Virus record (IMG/VR): IMGVR_UViG_3300017782_000007
Span: 1-64,000 of that record
Source: a virus
Length of the DNA: 64,000 bases
Strand: one strand, 5' to 3'
Shown: positions 21,047 to 31,419 of the stretch, in pieces
Position numbering within the stretch: position 1 is the first letter of the stretch
How the letters are laid out: each line of letters opens with the position of its first letter
Translations under genes and position numbers: made by a program
Notes under the pieces: generated by a model
The model's input: only the letters and a program-made list of their open reading frames with translations
Told to the model about the DNA's origin: nothing
Databases searched by the model: none

Positions 21047-23514
21047 TTACTAGCTGCTTTTTGTTTACTAGCTTTGATCTCTTTCTCCTTTAACTCCTTG
21101 TTCTGAGCTAACTCTTTCTTCTTAAGGTCCAACTCTTTAGTCTTAATATCATAATCTAATCGAGCCTTCTCTAATTGTAATTGATCCGGCACTCCATCAT
21201 TATTAAGATCTTGATCCTTTTGGAACTTAAATGAGTCTATCTCAGCTAATTGAATCTTATTATTTAACTCCATCTGTTTAAGCTGTACCTCGTGTGCTTG
21301 TTGATCCTCAGCAGCAGCCTTAGCAGCCTCAATATTCTCTTGATTGATTTGCTGTTGTACTTGCTGTTGTTGTTGCAACTGCGCATCTCTATTACGCTCA
21401 GATTGGATAATATCTCTTTCTAATTCTTGTACTGATGAACCTTTGAATATCTTAATCATATCAGATAAGGAAGCCTTATCAGAGTTTAATAAGAACCCAG
21501 ATAGTGATTCTAATGAAGAGAACACCTTGTTTTCCTTAGCCGAGTTAGCAACAAAGATACCTACTTCCATGTCAGTTAAGTCATCAGGAGTGATATTTAA
21601 GGTGGCTATGGATTGATCATCTAGTATGTATTGTTTCAAGGTATTCTTACCTTTCATTACTTGCTTAGATTGATTAATCAATGAGTTAAGCATATTCTCC
21701 CACACTCTAAAGTGAGTCTGGAAATATATCTCAGTGATATTAGAAGAGGATATAATAGAAGATTGAGTATTAGATACTGCTTCATGAGCCCCAGTCTGTC
21801 CCTCTCTCTGTCTAGTGATACCAGCTACATCAGATATCTGAGCATCTAACGCATCCATTAATTGAACATAGTTCATTACATGTTGCATATTAGATAATGA
21901 TACTGAGGAGGTAACTTTACCCCTCTGTGCAGCACCAGGCTGTTCAGCATTCTGTAATGGATTATATACATCATACCCTAAGTTCTCTAAGTAATACATA
22001 GCTTTCTCTAATCCCATATTCTGTGGAATCATAGAAGCATCAATAGAGAATACTTGTCCTCTATCTCTACCTATTAATTGCTTTAACTTGTGTACAACAA
22101 TGAAGTATAGGTATTGAAATGGCTTCATTCTATCCATCAATGAGATAGCAGCAGCATTAGTATTAGAGTATAAAGCTCCATGATAACCTAACTTAACCAT
22201 ATACGGATCATCTAAAGATCTATATTGATATGGCTTAGCCCCCATGCAGCAATAGATATCTGTGTCTATTCTCATACCTGTCCATACTTCTGGAATCCAT
22301 TCCCAGATTAAATCCATGCCATCAAATGTATAGTGCTTAATCTTCTTACCGAATGTGCCAGTCTCCATATATGTCTCAGCATACTCAGGAATCCTGAAAT
22401 CCTCAGACACAATAGTAGTCTCAATATCCCCAAACTCGTTAGGACCCTCTAGGAAGCCCACCTTGCGTTGCGTCTTGTATTCGGTATGGTAGGTAAGGGT
22501 AGATGCTAAAGTGCTCTGAGAACGCCCGTATTGGCCATCTCGAGGACTTTCTGTATCTGTATAGTATTCCTTAAAATCATCAGTATGATTATACTGCATA
22601 GTCTTATAGGATCTTCCCTTATTACTCTTATTAAAGTAGAATCTATCTTCTAAGGTTTTTAAATCCTTATCAGTTAAATAAGTCCCTACTCTATCAAACA
22701 AGTCCGACGGTAGCATCCTAGTTCTGTAACCAGCATACTGACCGTCTTCAATAAATTTAGTATCAGGAGACTTATCATAGATAGCTCCTAATGGATTTAA
22801 TACTTGAACAGTAGGTTTATCATTGATAATACCTGTCCATCCAAATTGCATACCAGAGAGAAGGGCGTGCTTGAAGGAATCATTCATTTTGTCTCGTATA
22901 GATTGCTCGTGCATTAGATAGTTCAAGATTTTATTCGCTAGAATTTCTCTGGCCTCTAAGTACGTAGTATTCATATACTTTTCAATCTCACCAGGGTCCA
23001 TTACCTGGTCCATGATTTCTTGGATCTTCGCTTGAAGTTCCTCTTCAGGCAGCCCTTCCTGTCCCTTAAATTGATTCTGTACACGCGTTAACTCAGCGTT
23101 GTACTGGGCATCAACATACTCTCTTATCAATTCATCCTTAGTACTAAGCTTAGATTTAATTCCTTCAGAATTAATTAGTAAGGCCTTAGCCGTAAAAGGT
23201 CTTTTAGATTCCTCTCCTAGTAATACCTGAATTTTATTGTAAGCTTTGTTGTATGGTTTAATATCGTCTATTCTCTGTCCGATATCAATACCTGCAGGAT
23301 TAAATTCCTTCTGTAACTCCTCTTGAGTTACTACATTATTATATAACTCGTAGGAAGCCTTCATCCGTTTATAATCTTCAGAAGGTTGTGCACTCAAAGG
23401 AGTGTCAGACGAGGAATGAATAATAGAGTCTATGGTGTCCTTAACATGTTGGTAATCATCCTTTACTCGCTCTGAGTAGCTGATTCTCTGTTTAGGATAA
23501 GTAGTTAAACTCAT
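21043..23514 (-). CDS. Portal protein (crAss-like)
   Basis: 823 aa; YPKQRI N-terminus, EWIPEVWTG, GITRQREGQ, coiled-coil C-terminus with DLNNDGVPD. Confidence 0.9.
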   Translation of the reverse strand: MSLTTYPKQRISYSERVKDDYQHVKDTIDSIIHSSSDTPLSAQPSEDYKRMKASYELYNNVVTQEELQKEFNPAGIDIGQRIDDIKPYNKAYNKIQVLLGEESKRPFTAKALLINSEGIKSKLSTKDELIREYVDAQYNAELTRVQNQFKGQEGLPEEELQAKIQEIMDQVMDPGEIEKYMNTTYLEAREILANKILNYLMHEQSIRDKMNDSFKHALLSGMQFGWTGIINDKPTVQVLNPLGAIYDKSPDTKFIEDGQYAGYRTRMLPSDLFDRVGTYLTDKDLKTLEDRFYFNKSNKGRSYKTMQYNHTDDFKEYYTDTESPRDGQYGRSQSTLASTLTYHTEYKTQRKVGFLEGPNEFGDIETTIVSEDFRIPEYAETYMETGTFGKKIKHYTFDGMDLIWEWIPEVWTGMRIDTDIYCCMGAKPYQYRSLDDPYMVKLGYHGALYSNTNAAAISLMDRMKPFQYLYFIVVHKLKQLIGRDRGQVFSIDASMIPQNMGLEKAMYYLENLGYDVYNPLQNAEQPGAAQRGKVTSSVSLSNMQHVMNYVQLMDALDAQISDVAGITRQREGQTGAHEAVSNTQSSIISSSNITEIYFQTHFRVWENMLNSLINQSKQVMKGKNTLKQYILDDQSIATLNITPDDLTDMEVGIFVANSAKENKVFSSLESLSGFLLNSDKASLSDMIKIFKGSSVQELERDIIQSERNRDAQLQQQQQVQQQINQENIEAAKAAAEDQQAHEVQLKQMELNNKIQLAEIDSFKFQKDQDLNNDGVPDQLQLEKARLDYDIKTKELDLKKKELAQNKELKEKEIKASKQKAASK

Positions 23515-23516
23515 AT

Positions 23517-25763
23517 TTATATTGTGTTTAGTCTATTAAAAAGATGTTTATTATCGAGAAGGAATTTAAGAGGATCCTCTCGTTCTGTTTCTGTCATTCG
23601 GATATGGTTCTGGTTAGTTATCTCTTCGATACCAAGTACACAGCCAATAAAGGCGGATACCCTATCAAAGTTACCGTCATGCTGATAGGCAATCAATTCT
23701 TGTAAGAATGCCCTATCCCATATCCTATCTAAATTTCTATGGATTTTACCATTAGAATCTGTTCCTCTTTCTTCTAGTAGCCAGTCCCTAACATACTGTA
23801 TAGACTCCTGTTTCATCTTCTTAGATGACATTGGGAATCCATAAATAGTAGGAGCCTTAGTATCCCACACAGCCTTCTTATTGAAGAGTGTCTGAGGTTC
23901 CTTGGCCAGTAAATGTAGTTTCTTTTTCTTCTCAAAATACTCCTTCACGTTACCTCGGACATTCTCAAAATAGACTTTGGCATTGCCATACATAAGAGAA
24001 AGCTTTAATAGATTCTCGTTGTAAACATGCCTACCATCATGAGGTCTCCCAACGTATTGAGCAACTATCTCATTGTGCCCTATCTTGTTGAAGTATTTAT
24101 TAGTTTTTAATATGTAGGTAGCAGCTAAAGATCCCCCTTCCGGGTCATCCGTAGCGTATGGATCGTGTCCTATAATATAAGCACCCTCAGGTACTTTTCC
24201 GTCAATTAGTTGTGGTAGCTCGTAGATAACAACAGCTCCTTCTCTTTGTCCTTCTGTCCAAGGAAATCGATTAATGTGTTGTAGTTTATCTCTCGTATCT
24301 ACCTTATAGTTAACCCCGTTAAATGCTGACTTTTGGTCATAGAATAACTCTACTTTCTTCTCTACATATGTGTAGCTATCATTCTCCTCTAACTGGCGTA
24401 GCCTATTCTGTAAATCAGCAATAGGAAATATATTACCAGTACGAGTTAAGAAGATCTCAGAAGGTATAACCGGTCTATTCTGTAGCTCCGCATCTAAAGC
24501 ATCTGATCCTGACTTAGTTCCCCTAAGCTTATCCCTATGCTTGGCCAGGAATTGTTGAGCTCTCTCATTATCTGTCTTACCATATACACCAGGTCCTAAT
24601 TCTTCCTTAAAGGCGTTTAAACCTAAGTAAGCAGGTACAAAGTATCCTATCTTACCTCTATGTTCCCACGTGTCATTATAAGCCAGTAGATCGTACTTCT
24701 CAGGGTCATAGAACATCAGAGAGGCATCTAAAGTACCTCCACCATTCATATCACCCCCAGTACCTAAATACATGCAGGAACCGAACTTATAGTGCCCGTC
24801 TCGCATACACTCTACTGAGGCAGCCCTAGATTCCCTAAGGTTATCAAACATTCCTATCTCCTCCATCACCATTACCCCTGGTCTAGTACCATTGGCAGCA
24901 AATGGATTATCTTTGAATGTCCTGTGTTTTATATTAGATTGAGATCCCTTATTCTCCCAGTTACCTCCAATCTTTTCTTTGTAGGAAGCAACTACCTGAG
25001 AACCAGGCATCCATGAACCAGAATACTGCTGAGCAAAAGGAGAAGGGTATGATACCCCACCAAACTCACAAGCACCTGGTAGCCGCTCTACGGCTATCTT
25101 AGTCTTGTCTAAAATGTCTCTAGAGTACTTAGCATCACCTGCCCCAACTAATATCTCAGCTGGCGTGGGATTAGCTCTAGACTCTTCAGTGTAATGTGTT
25201 GATCCATTGAATAGCCACTCATGAGCAACTATACCAACGCCAACAGAGTAGGACTTACCAAATCCCCTGGATCCCATCATCATGAAATCCTTAGCCTCAT
25301 TCTCAAATAAGGGTCTCCCATAATTAGCATCATGGACCTTCCGTAAGTATTCTCTAGCGGGTACAAATTCTTTTGGTGTACCGTCCAATTTAAACGCATG
25401 TGGTGCATACGTTCTCTTAAACTCTTCTGGGTAATCTGGGTTATTAATTTCTCTATAGCAAGTATAATTCTCATCCTCAGCAAAGCCAGAGAAACCTCTA
25501 GCCTCAGCCCAGTTATAGAAAAATTCCCACTCTAAATCACGTAAAAAAGGGCGCCCAAAGCTTTTCACTTTAGACCCCCTCTTGTTTAATTTAATGGTAC
25601 CGAAGTTAATATAGAAATATAACTTTCCTGGCATCCATTTTCCAGATACCCAAAACCCTTCTATGCATCTTCTCTTTTGTTCTCTCCAGTACGTAGCATA
25701 TGCTTGTGTCGCTGGATGGTACTCAGGAGGAGAAGGGATTTTGAATTCTGTAATATTAATCAT
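23517..25763 (-). CDS. terL: Terminase large subunit
   Basis: Walker A GSRGFGKS, Walker B VMVMEEIG, GTGG coupling motif, RNase H-like IIGHDPY and GNFDRVSA. Confidence 0.93.
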   Translation of the reverse strand: MINITEFKIPSPPEYHPATQAYATYWREQKRRCIEGFWVSGKWMPGKLYFYINFGTIKLNKRGSKVKSFGRPFLRDLEWEFFYNWAEARGFSGFAEDENYTCYREINNPDYPEEFKRTYAPHAFKLDGTPKEFVPAREYLRKVHDANYGRPLFENEAKDFMMMGSRGFGKSYSVGVGIVAHEWLFNGSTHYTEESRANPTPAEILVGAGDAKYSRDILDKTKIAVERLPGACEFGGVSYPSPFAQQYSGSWMPGSQVVASYKEKIGGNWENKGSQSNIKHRTFKDNPFAANGTRPGVMVMEEIGMFDNLRESRAASVECMRDGHYKFGSCMYLGTGGDMNGGGTLDASLMFYDPEKYDLLAYNDTWEHRGKIGYFVPAYLGLNAFKEELGPGVYGKTDNERAQQFLAKHRDKLRGTKSGSDALDAELQNRPVIPSEIFLTRTGNIFPIADLQNRLRQLEENDSYTYVEKKVELFYDQKSAFNGVNYKVDTRDKLQHINRFPWTEGQREGAVVIYELPQLIDGKVPEGAYIIGHDPYATDDPEGGSLAATYILKTNKYFNKIGHNEIVAQYVGRPHDGRHVYNENLLKLSLMYGNAKVYFENVRGNVKEYFEKKKKLHLLAKEPQTLFNKKAVWDTKAPTIYGFPMSSKKMKQESIQYVRDWLLEERGTDSNGKIHRNLDRIWDRAFLQELIAYQHDGNFDRVSAFIGCVLGIEEITNQNHIRMTETEREDPLKFLLDNKHLFNRLNTI

Positions 25764-25798
25764 TCTGTAGTGTTGGTAGTATCGGATTTGTTGTAATT

Positions 25799-27406
25799 CT
25801 AACCGAATGGATTAGCTTCATGTGCCTGTGTAGGCTCTTCTTCGTGAATAGTACATTCAGTCATGATTATCATAGAAGCAGCTGATACTGCATTCTCAAT
25901 AGCAGAGGTAACTACTAATGTAGGATCAATAATCCCCATCTCTCGCATATCCCCAAACTTATCTGTATTGGCATTGTAACCAAAGTTAATGTTCTCGTTG
26001 TGGACTACGTTAGCCATGATAATTCCTGCATCTTTACCCGCGTTATTAATGATCTCTCTGGCAGGGGCTGTTAAAGCCTCTAATAGGATCTTAGCTCCTA
26101 AGTTCTCCTCAGCAAAGCCAAATATAGGGGTTACGTTAGCAGAAGCATGTAATAAAGCTGTTCCTCCGCCAGGTAAAGTACCAAAGCGAATAGCAGCCTT
26201 TACTGCCTGTAAAGCATCGTCAATTCTGTGTTTCTTCTCTACCATTTCAGCATCAGTAGCAGCCCCTACGTGTAGGATGGCCAAGCCACCAATAAGGTTT
26301 GCCATTCTCTCAGAATACTTCTGTGCCATGTAATCAGATTCTAATGTAGGCATAGCAGCCTTAATCTCCTCCAATCTCTGGGCTACCTGATCCTTAGGTC
26401 CTTCCGGCCCTAATAAGGTAGTAGTATTTTGATCAATGATAATCTTCTCGGCAGAACCGAAGTGAAATGATTGAATATCTTGTTGTGATATCCCTAGTTC
26501 CTTAGTGATTAAGGTAGCTCCGGTAGCGATAGCTAAGTCCTTCATGAACTCAGTTCTAATCTCACCGTAGTAAGGTGCCTTAACACAAACAACAGGAATA
26601 CCTCTTAGTTTGTTAGTAATAGTAGATTCTAATGCCTGAGCCTCAACCTCAGTGCCGATAATAACTAATGGTCTCTTCTGGGCCATAGCCAGATTCATAC
26701 AATTAACTGTTACCTTAGGATCTCTTACTTTGTCGTTGATTAAGACAATTAATGGATTATCATACTCTACTGAGTGCTCACCAGTGTTAACAAAATAAGG
26801 AGAGATAAATCCCTTCTCTAATTGCATACCTTCTGTGAACGTAGTATACGTATCATTTGTCTTAGATTCTTGTACTAGAATAACTCCATCCTTAGTTACC
26901 TTATCCATAGCCTCAGCTATTAGTTTCCCAATCTTAGCATCATTGTTAGCAGAGATAGTAGCAATAGCTTCTATACTCTCCTTAGACTCTGTTACGGGCT
27001 CAGATAACTTATTAATTTCTTCTAGTATGTGTGGAAGTATTTTCTCAATACCTCTCTTTAAATCGATTGGATTAGCTCCGGCAGCTATTAATTTCTCCGC
27101 TCTTTCTATGATGGCCTGGGCCAATATAGTAGAGGTAGTAGTACCGTCACCAGCAATCTTAGCTGTTTTAGCAGCAGCCTGTTTAATAACTTGAGCACCT
27201 AGGTTTTCAATGTAATCTTCTAGTATGATCTCAGAGGCTACTGTTACCCCGTCCTTAGTGACTACAGGGTTCGCGAATGGTTTGTTGATAATCACATTTC
27301 TTCCCTTAGGTCCTAATGTAATCTTCACTGCCTTAGCTAGTGTATCAACTCCTTTTTTTAATTTGGTTCTTGCTTCTTGGTTAAATGTTACTTTCTTAAA
27401 AGCCAT
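25799..27406 (-). CDS. groEL: Phage-encoded chaperonin GroEL
   Basis: TLGPKGRNV, TKDGVTVA, AGDGTTT, GGGTAL, GIIDP motifs. Confidence 0.96.
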   Translation of the reverse strand: MAFKKVTFNQEARTKLKKGVDTLAKAVKITLGPKGRNVIINKPFANPVVTKDGVTVASEIILEDYIENLGAQVIKQAAAKTAKIAGDGTTTSTILAQAIIERAEKLIAAGANPIDLKRGIEKILPHILEEINKLSEPVTESKESIEAIATISANNDAKIGKLIAEAMDKVTKDGVILVQESKTNDTYTTFTEGMQLEKGFISPYFVNTGEHSVEYDNPLIVLINDKVRDPKVTVNCMNLAMAQKRPLVIIGTEVEAQALESTITNKLRGIPVVCVKAPYYGEIRTEFMKDLAIATGATLITKELGISQQDIQSFHFGSAEKIIIDQNTTTLLGPEGPKDQVAQRLEEIKAAMPTLESDYMAQKYSERMANLIGGLAILHVGAATDAEMVEKKHRIDDALQAVKAAIRFGTLPGGGTALLHASANVTPIFGFAEENLGAKILLEALTAPAREIINNAGKDAGIIMANVVHNENINFGYNANTDKFGDMREMGIIDPTLVVTSAIENAVSAASMIIMTECTIHEEEPTQAHEANPFG

Positions 27407-27430
27407 GTTTTTCTCTCTCTTAATTATATA

Positions 27431-27532
27431 TTATAATATTCCTGTTACAGCGAATAATAAAATTGATATGATAGCTGTCAGGGCGCTTGCTAATAATGCT
27501 TTCGCAGTCTCAATAAAGTTAAATGTTTTCAT
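27431..27532 (-). CDS. 33-aa single-TM peptide
   Basis: MKTFNFIETAKALLASALTAIISILLFAVTGIL, AT-rich leader. Confidence 0.5.
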   Translation of the reverse strand: MKTFNFIETAKALLASALTAIISILLFAVTGIL

Positions 27533-27573
27533 AATTAAACTATTTTAAGCGCCCCTTAGGACGCCTGAATCTA

Positions 27574-28371
27574 TTACCAGATTCGGTATCCTAAAAATAT
27601 ACCAGCTGACCAGCCAGTAGTCACTGTTGTCTGTGGGTCTAAGTTCTGTCCGTACTTAATAGCCCCTTTCCTAAACTTCATTACTGATGGTCCAATGCCA
27701 GCAATAATCGCAATTCTCCTTGGTTTAGACTCAATATTATATGATTGAATTGATTGTTGACTCCAAGGGAAGTCAGATGTAGCAGTCACAGAGTGTTCCT
27801 GATTCCCAGTAAGGAATCTTGTTCTCGTACTATGTGTAAGAGTAGTCTCACTGTACGCATCAATATTAGTTAAGCTTAATGAGTCACTGTTAACGGACCA
27901 GTCAAAGCCTACGTTAGTACCGGAGAATAATCCTGAATAGGTAGGGTACACCATTACGTATACTGAATCTACCTGATGTAAGGTATCTACCTCAGTAATA
28001 AATAAAGAGTCTGGAAAGTAAATTGAATCAGTAGCAGCTGCAATAGAAGCATCATTCATTGATTGTTTCAATATACTAATCGTCCTTAAGTTCTTTCTGT
28101 CTTTCCTAGACAGCTTAGCTATCTTTTCTTCTTGCTCCTTAATGATAGCCTCTTTCTCTGCCTTAGAGACAGCTAAGGCCTCATTGCGTGAAGTTAGAGT
28201 ACCATTCTCATTAAGTATAGTCTCAGAATTAGCTTCTACTAATTCCATCTTTTTCTGTATGTTCTCAACGTTCTCTACTTCCTTGGCCAGGGTATTCTTA
28301 GTGGTATTACACTGGTAAGTCGTGAATAAGAGTACAGCGGTAATAGCCGCAATAATTACGTTCTTGATCAT
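27574..28371 (-). CDS. Spanin-like envelope protein
   Basis: N-terminal TM/signal with Cys, coiled coil, C-terminal amphipathic beta strands ending GIFLGYRIW. Confidence 0.55.
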   Translation of the reverse strand: MIKNVIIAAITAVLLFTTYQCNTTKNTLAKEVENVENIQKKMELVEANSETILNENGTLTSRNEALAVSKAEKEAIIKEQEEKIAKLSRKDRKNLRTISILKQSMNDASIAAATDSIYFPDSLFITEVDTLHQVDSVYVMVYPTYSGLFSGTNVGFDWSVNSDSLSLTNIDAYSETTLTHSTRTRFLTGNQEHSVTATSDFPWSQQSIQSYNIESKPRRIAIIAGIGPSVMKFRKGAIKYGQNLDPQTTVTTGWSAGIFLGYRIW

Positions 28372-28652
28372 GATTCTTTTGGTTGTGCTGTGAAATTAAA
28401 CTCGTCACGATGCTCTCGCTTCTGTTCTTTCATAGCTTCATTATATAAATACTGGTCTATCTCTGCACCAGTCAATTCGGGATTAAGACGGCGTAGACGT
28501 TTTTTAGTCGTCTTATACGCCCTCTTCATCTCCTTCTGTAATTTCTTGTTTTGTTTCTTCAGCCACTGCTGCTTGTTAAATTCATAACGTTTTAGTTCAG
28601 CGAGTTTTTCCCTCTCTGGCCTAGCAGCAACTTGTTTTTCTCTTAGAGTCAT
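28368..28652 (-). CDS. Basic hypothetical protein
   Basis: 94 aa, ATGA overlap with the next gene. Confidence 0.6.
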   Translation of the reverse strand: MTLREKQVAARPEREKLAELKRYEFNKQQWLKKQNKKLQKEMKRAYKTTKKRLRRLNPELTGAEIDQYLYNEAMKEQKREHRDEFNFTAQPKES

Positions 28653-28658
28653 TCTTAG

Positions 28659-29174
28659 TTATATTGTTCCTTCCTCAGATGCTGACTTAACTGCTCCTCC
28701 CTTAGTCTGGGATTTAGCTGTCTCATCTTGAACATCTTTCATACAAGTTCTTAATTGCTTCCATAATTTCTCAGTAGAAGCTAATAATTTTTCCTTAAAC
28801 TCAATAAGGGTAAAATCTGTACTAATGTCATAGTCTATAGCTGATAGGAATGCTGCTCTTTTCTCTAACTCCATTTCCCAATTGTATAGAGTTCTTTGTG
28901 CCTTTGTCATTGTAAGATGTTGGAACTTTTCAATTTCTTCTTTGTAATCATCCCAATCTACTACTACTTTCTTTAAGTAATCTTCTTGCACTGTCTTGAT
29001 TCTATATTCCAAGGAGGTGTTAGAAAACTTTGAGTCTGGGTGGAAAACTAAAGCCATTGCCCACATAATCTTGGAGGAGTTCCTCTTCTTGGCTATGCCA
29101 GAAAAAGCTACCTTTAACTGTGGATTAACTTCCCAGAAATCTGCATCTATACTAAAATTATTTAATATATTCAT
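28659..29174 (-). CDS. Conserved helical protein upstream of TerL (candidate TerS)
   Basis: 171 aa; C-terminal TKGG..S..E; position; function is inference. Confidence 0.5.
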   Translation of the reverse strand: MNILNNFSIDADFWEVNPQLKVAFSGIAKKRNSSKIMWAMALVFHPDSKFSNTSLEYRIKTVQEDYLKKVVVDWDDYKEEIEKFQHLTMTKAQRTLYNWEMELEKRAAFLSAIDYDISTDFTLIEFKEKLLASTEKLWKQLRTCMKDVQDETAKSQTKGGAVKSASEEGTI

Positions 29175-29473
29175 CCTCTCAAATTTTCTAAATATCTTGC
29201 TATTCCTTTCAATGCTACTCCTACTATAGTTCTTCTCTCAAATATGCTTAAGGGGTTCTTAACGTTGTTAAAGAATCTTAAAGCAAAGAATCTACTAGAG
29301 TCTTCTTGATGTGGATACATATAATCTAAAGCAACCTCATCATAAGAGTTGGATGTAGGAGACTCAGATAAATATTCAAAAGGTCTCACAATACCCTCGT
29401 TTTCCTCGACGGCGTTAACTATGGTATCATAATTTTCTTGGTGTTCTCTCTTGAAATATTTATACTTACTCAT
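29171..29473 (-). CDS. Hypothetical protein
   Basis: 100 aa, coupled by ATGA overlaps. Confidence 0.6.
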   Translation of the reverse strand: MSKYKYFKREHQENYDTIVNAVEENEGIVRPFEYLSESPTSNSYDEVALDYMYPHQEDSSRFFALRFFNNVKNPLSIFERRTIVGVALKGIARYLENLRG

Positions 29474-29997
29474 ATTAATTCTAAATGTATGTGGTCTGCA
29501 TTAATTCTAGGAATATGCTTTATTATGTTATTGTATTTATTCTTTATTTTTTTATAGTGTCTACGAGACCTAATCTCTAAGACAGCTCTAAGGTTATTTT
29601 CCTTAAGGTAAGTTTGTCCTTCATCGGAGTTTAGATACTCTGCTAATTCTATGCCAGTACCACACCAAGGTCTAAATCTGTAATCTAGAGCCTCACCGTT
29701 ATAATGTTTAGAGTGTTTAGCATGACGAGAATCATCTCCTGAAGTAACCATATGATCAAACCTAGCCAGAAAAGCATGGGCCTTAATCAGTGATGGGTGT
29801 AATCCTACTAGATTAACTCCTTCCTTAACTATGGTTGGACTAGCTAGTAATAGATTGATTGTGTTTTCTAACTCACATATTTTTAATTGTTCGTGAGTTT
29901 CGACGGGTTCAATTATTGTTAACACCTCATTTGACACTCCCGAAGAAATGCTGATGGGTGTAGCGAATATCATTAACGACATCAATATTGCTTTCAA
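29470..29997 (-). CDS. Peptidase M15-family endolysin with N-terminal signal
   Basis: VTSG...SKHYNGEALD...DHIHLE zinc motifs; likely start TTG 29997 (LKAILMSLMIFATPIS), since the longer ORF-track start overlaps the neighbouring gene. Confidence 0.75.
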   Translation of the reverse strand: MKAILMSLMIFATPISISSGVSNEVLTIIEPVETHEQLKICELENTINLLLASPTIVKEGVNLVGLHPSLIKAHAFLARFDHMVTSGDDSRHAKHSKHYNGEALDYRFRPWCGTGIELAEYLNSDEGQTYLKENNLRAVLEIRSRRHYKKIKNKYNNIIKHIPRINADHIHLELI

Positions 29998-30265
29998 TGA
30001 ATTTTTTAAACTCTTCCGAGTTATTTTCCCAGTCTGTTTGTGAGGACATTTCGTGCCATCTTCCATACGGGTCTTTTTTATTCGGTGCATAAAAGAGAGC
30101 TGGGGCATTGCACCCGCACTCAGAACACTTGCCAGCGTCGAGACAGCTTTTGCACAATACAGCTCTTTGTAGAGCTTGCTCTCTAATATGCTCATCCAGG
30201 AGTCCTAATTTTGCAAGAACTAGGTTTGTATACCCCTGTCTGATATCCTTAGTATTAATTTCCAC
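29927..30265 (-). CDS. Zn-binding hypothetical protein
   Basis: CKSC...CSECGC...DPYGRW. Confidence 0.7.
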   Translation of the reverse strand: MEINTKDIRQGYTNLVLAKLGLLDEHIREQALQRAVLCKSCLDAGKCSECGCNAPALFYAPNKKDPYGRWHEMSSQTDWENNSEEFKKFIESNIDVVNDIRYTHQHFFGSVK

Positions 30266-30617
30266 TAGCCGCTTCTTGAGCTTCCTTAGCTTTACGTTGT
30301 TCTGTAGCTAAGTTAACTAATACCTGTAAGCGAGCTGTCACATTATTCCAACGTCGTGGAGTCCATGACCAACCAAACCATCTTAACTTAGGTCTAGCGT
30401 TCTCATCTAATTGGTTAATTAAGTCTCCTAGAAAAGCATCTAGGTTTCTTAAGTTCAATGTTAAGAACTCATTAGCTTCTTTTAGTTGCTTAACCTCATT
30501 CTCCAAATCCACCTTAGCAGATGCATTTACAGTCGATGACGTAGGCTTAGTATTTTTAGTAGCTCTTTTGCTAGTAGTTTTCTTTGTTTTGTTGGTAACT
30601 TCTTTCTTAGTACTCAT
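30255..30617 (-). CDS. Hypothetical protein with K/T-rich N-terminus
   Basis: 120 aa, A-rich leader. Confidence 0.6.
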   Translation of the reverse strand: MSTKKEVTNKTKKTTSKRATKNTKPTSSTVNASAKVDLENEVKQLKEANEFLTLNLRNLDAFLGDLINQLDENARPKLRWFGWSWTPRRWNNVTARLQVLVNLATEQRKAKEAQEAASGN

Positions 30618-30655
30618 TATTTGTGTTATTATTATTTATAAATATTTATAATTAA

Positions 30656-31099
30656 TTACTTATTAACGATTCCGTCAATATACTCTTCTCTTACTTTTAA
30701 GTATCCTTCCCACTCTACGGTAGGTGTAGCTCTATTATGTAAGAATGCATTTTTAGGTCTAACTAGTGACGGATTAATCCAGACAACATCTCCTACCTTA
30801 TATGTAGGATCAGTTAATTGAGGAGAAACATGTGTCACTATTGCCTGTGAAGTAAATTCGAACTCATCTGGCCTAGCAGTACTTCGACCACTATCAGTAG
30901 TTCCTTCGATATATTTGATATCGTGTACGCCATATTCAGACACAGTTTCGTTTTCAAATTTGAATAATCTTACTAAGTATTGTTGTCCCATAATTTGGAA
31001 TCCCTCCATCTCAGATGGCATCTCAGTAATGTTCTTATTCCAGTCCGCTCTTAAAGCGTACTCCTTCTCAATTTTTTCTCTGATTTGTTCTTGAGTCAT
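30656..31099 (-). CDS. GroES-like co-chaperonin
   Basis: LVR...AIVTHVS...KVGDVV...YLKVREEYIDGIV follows the Cpn10 pattern; GroEL nearby. Confidence 0.6.
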   Translation of the reverse strand: MTQEQIREKIEKEYALRADWNKNITEMPSEMEGFQIMGQQYLVRLFKFENETVSEYGVHDIKYIEGTTDSGRSTARPDEFEFTSQAIVTHVSPQLTDPTYKVGDVVWINPSLVRPKNAFLHNRATPTVEWEGYLKVREEYIDGIVNK

Positions 31100-31419
31100 T
31101 TCTTTCTCTTTTTTTGTTTATTATATTCTCTCAATGAGTGTTGAATCTTCCTCCACTTCTTTAATTCAGTTCTAAGATATTCAGAGTCTTCTCTCCGAAT
31201 CTTTTTAATAATATTTAACTGGTGATAGTGTAAGGGTCTTTCTCTGTAAGTTAATCTTCCAAGGCCAGGTATAAATAATTCTGGTGAAGGAGGATCAATT
31301 ATATAATTCCTAATTTCTGTGAATGCGTGTTCAGCAACCTCATTAACTAGATTCTCCGGTTGGTTCGTTACCTGTGCCACCAGAGGGTACAGTGTCTTTA
31401 TCGGTTTCTCCCACAACAT
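31096..31419 (-). CDS. HU/IHF-like DNA-binding protein
   Basis: VAQVT...V..V...F.EI....LFIPGLGRL pattern; crAss-like phages carry such a gene here. Confidence 0.6.
   Translation of the reverse strand: MLWEKPIKTLYPLVAQVTNQPENLVNEVAEHAFTEIRNYIIDPPSPELFIPGLGRLTYRERPLHYHQLNIIKKIRREDSEYLRTELKKWRKIQHSLREYNKQKKRKK

Noticed and set aside
539-27548. Short antisense or alternate-frame ORFs in the track within structural genes (e.g. 1917, 5880, 11622, 14649, 25989, 26835)
   Set aside because: Shadow ORFs produced by the codon bias of the real genes; no credible leaders or motifs
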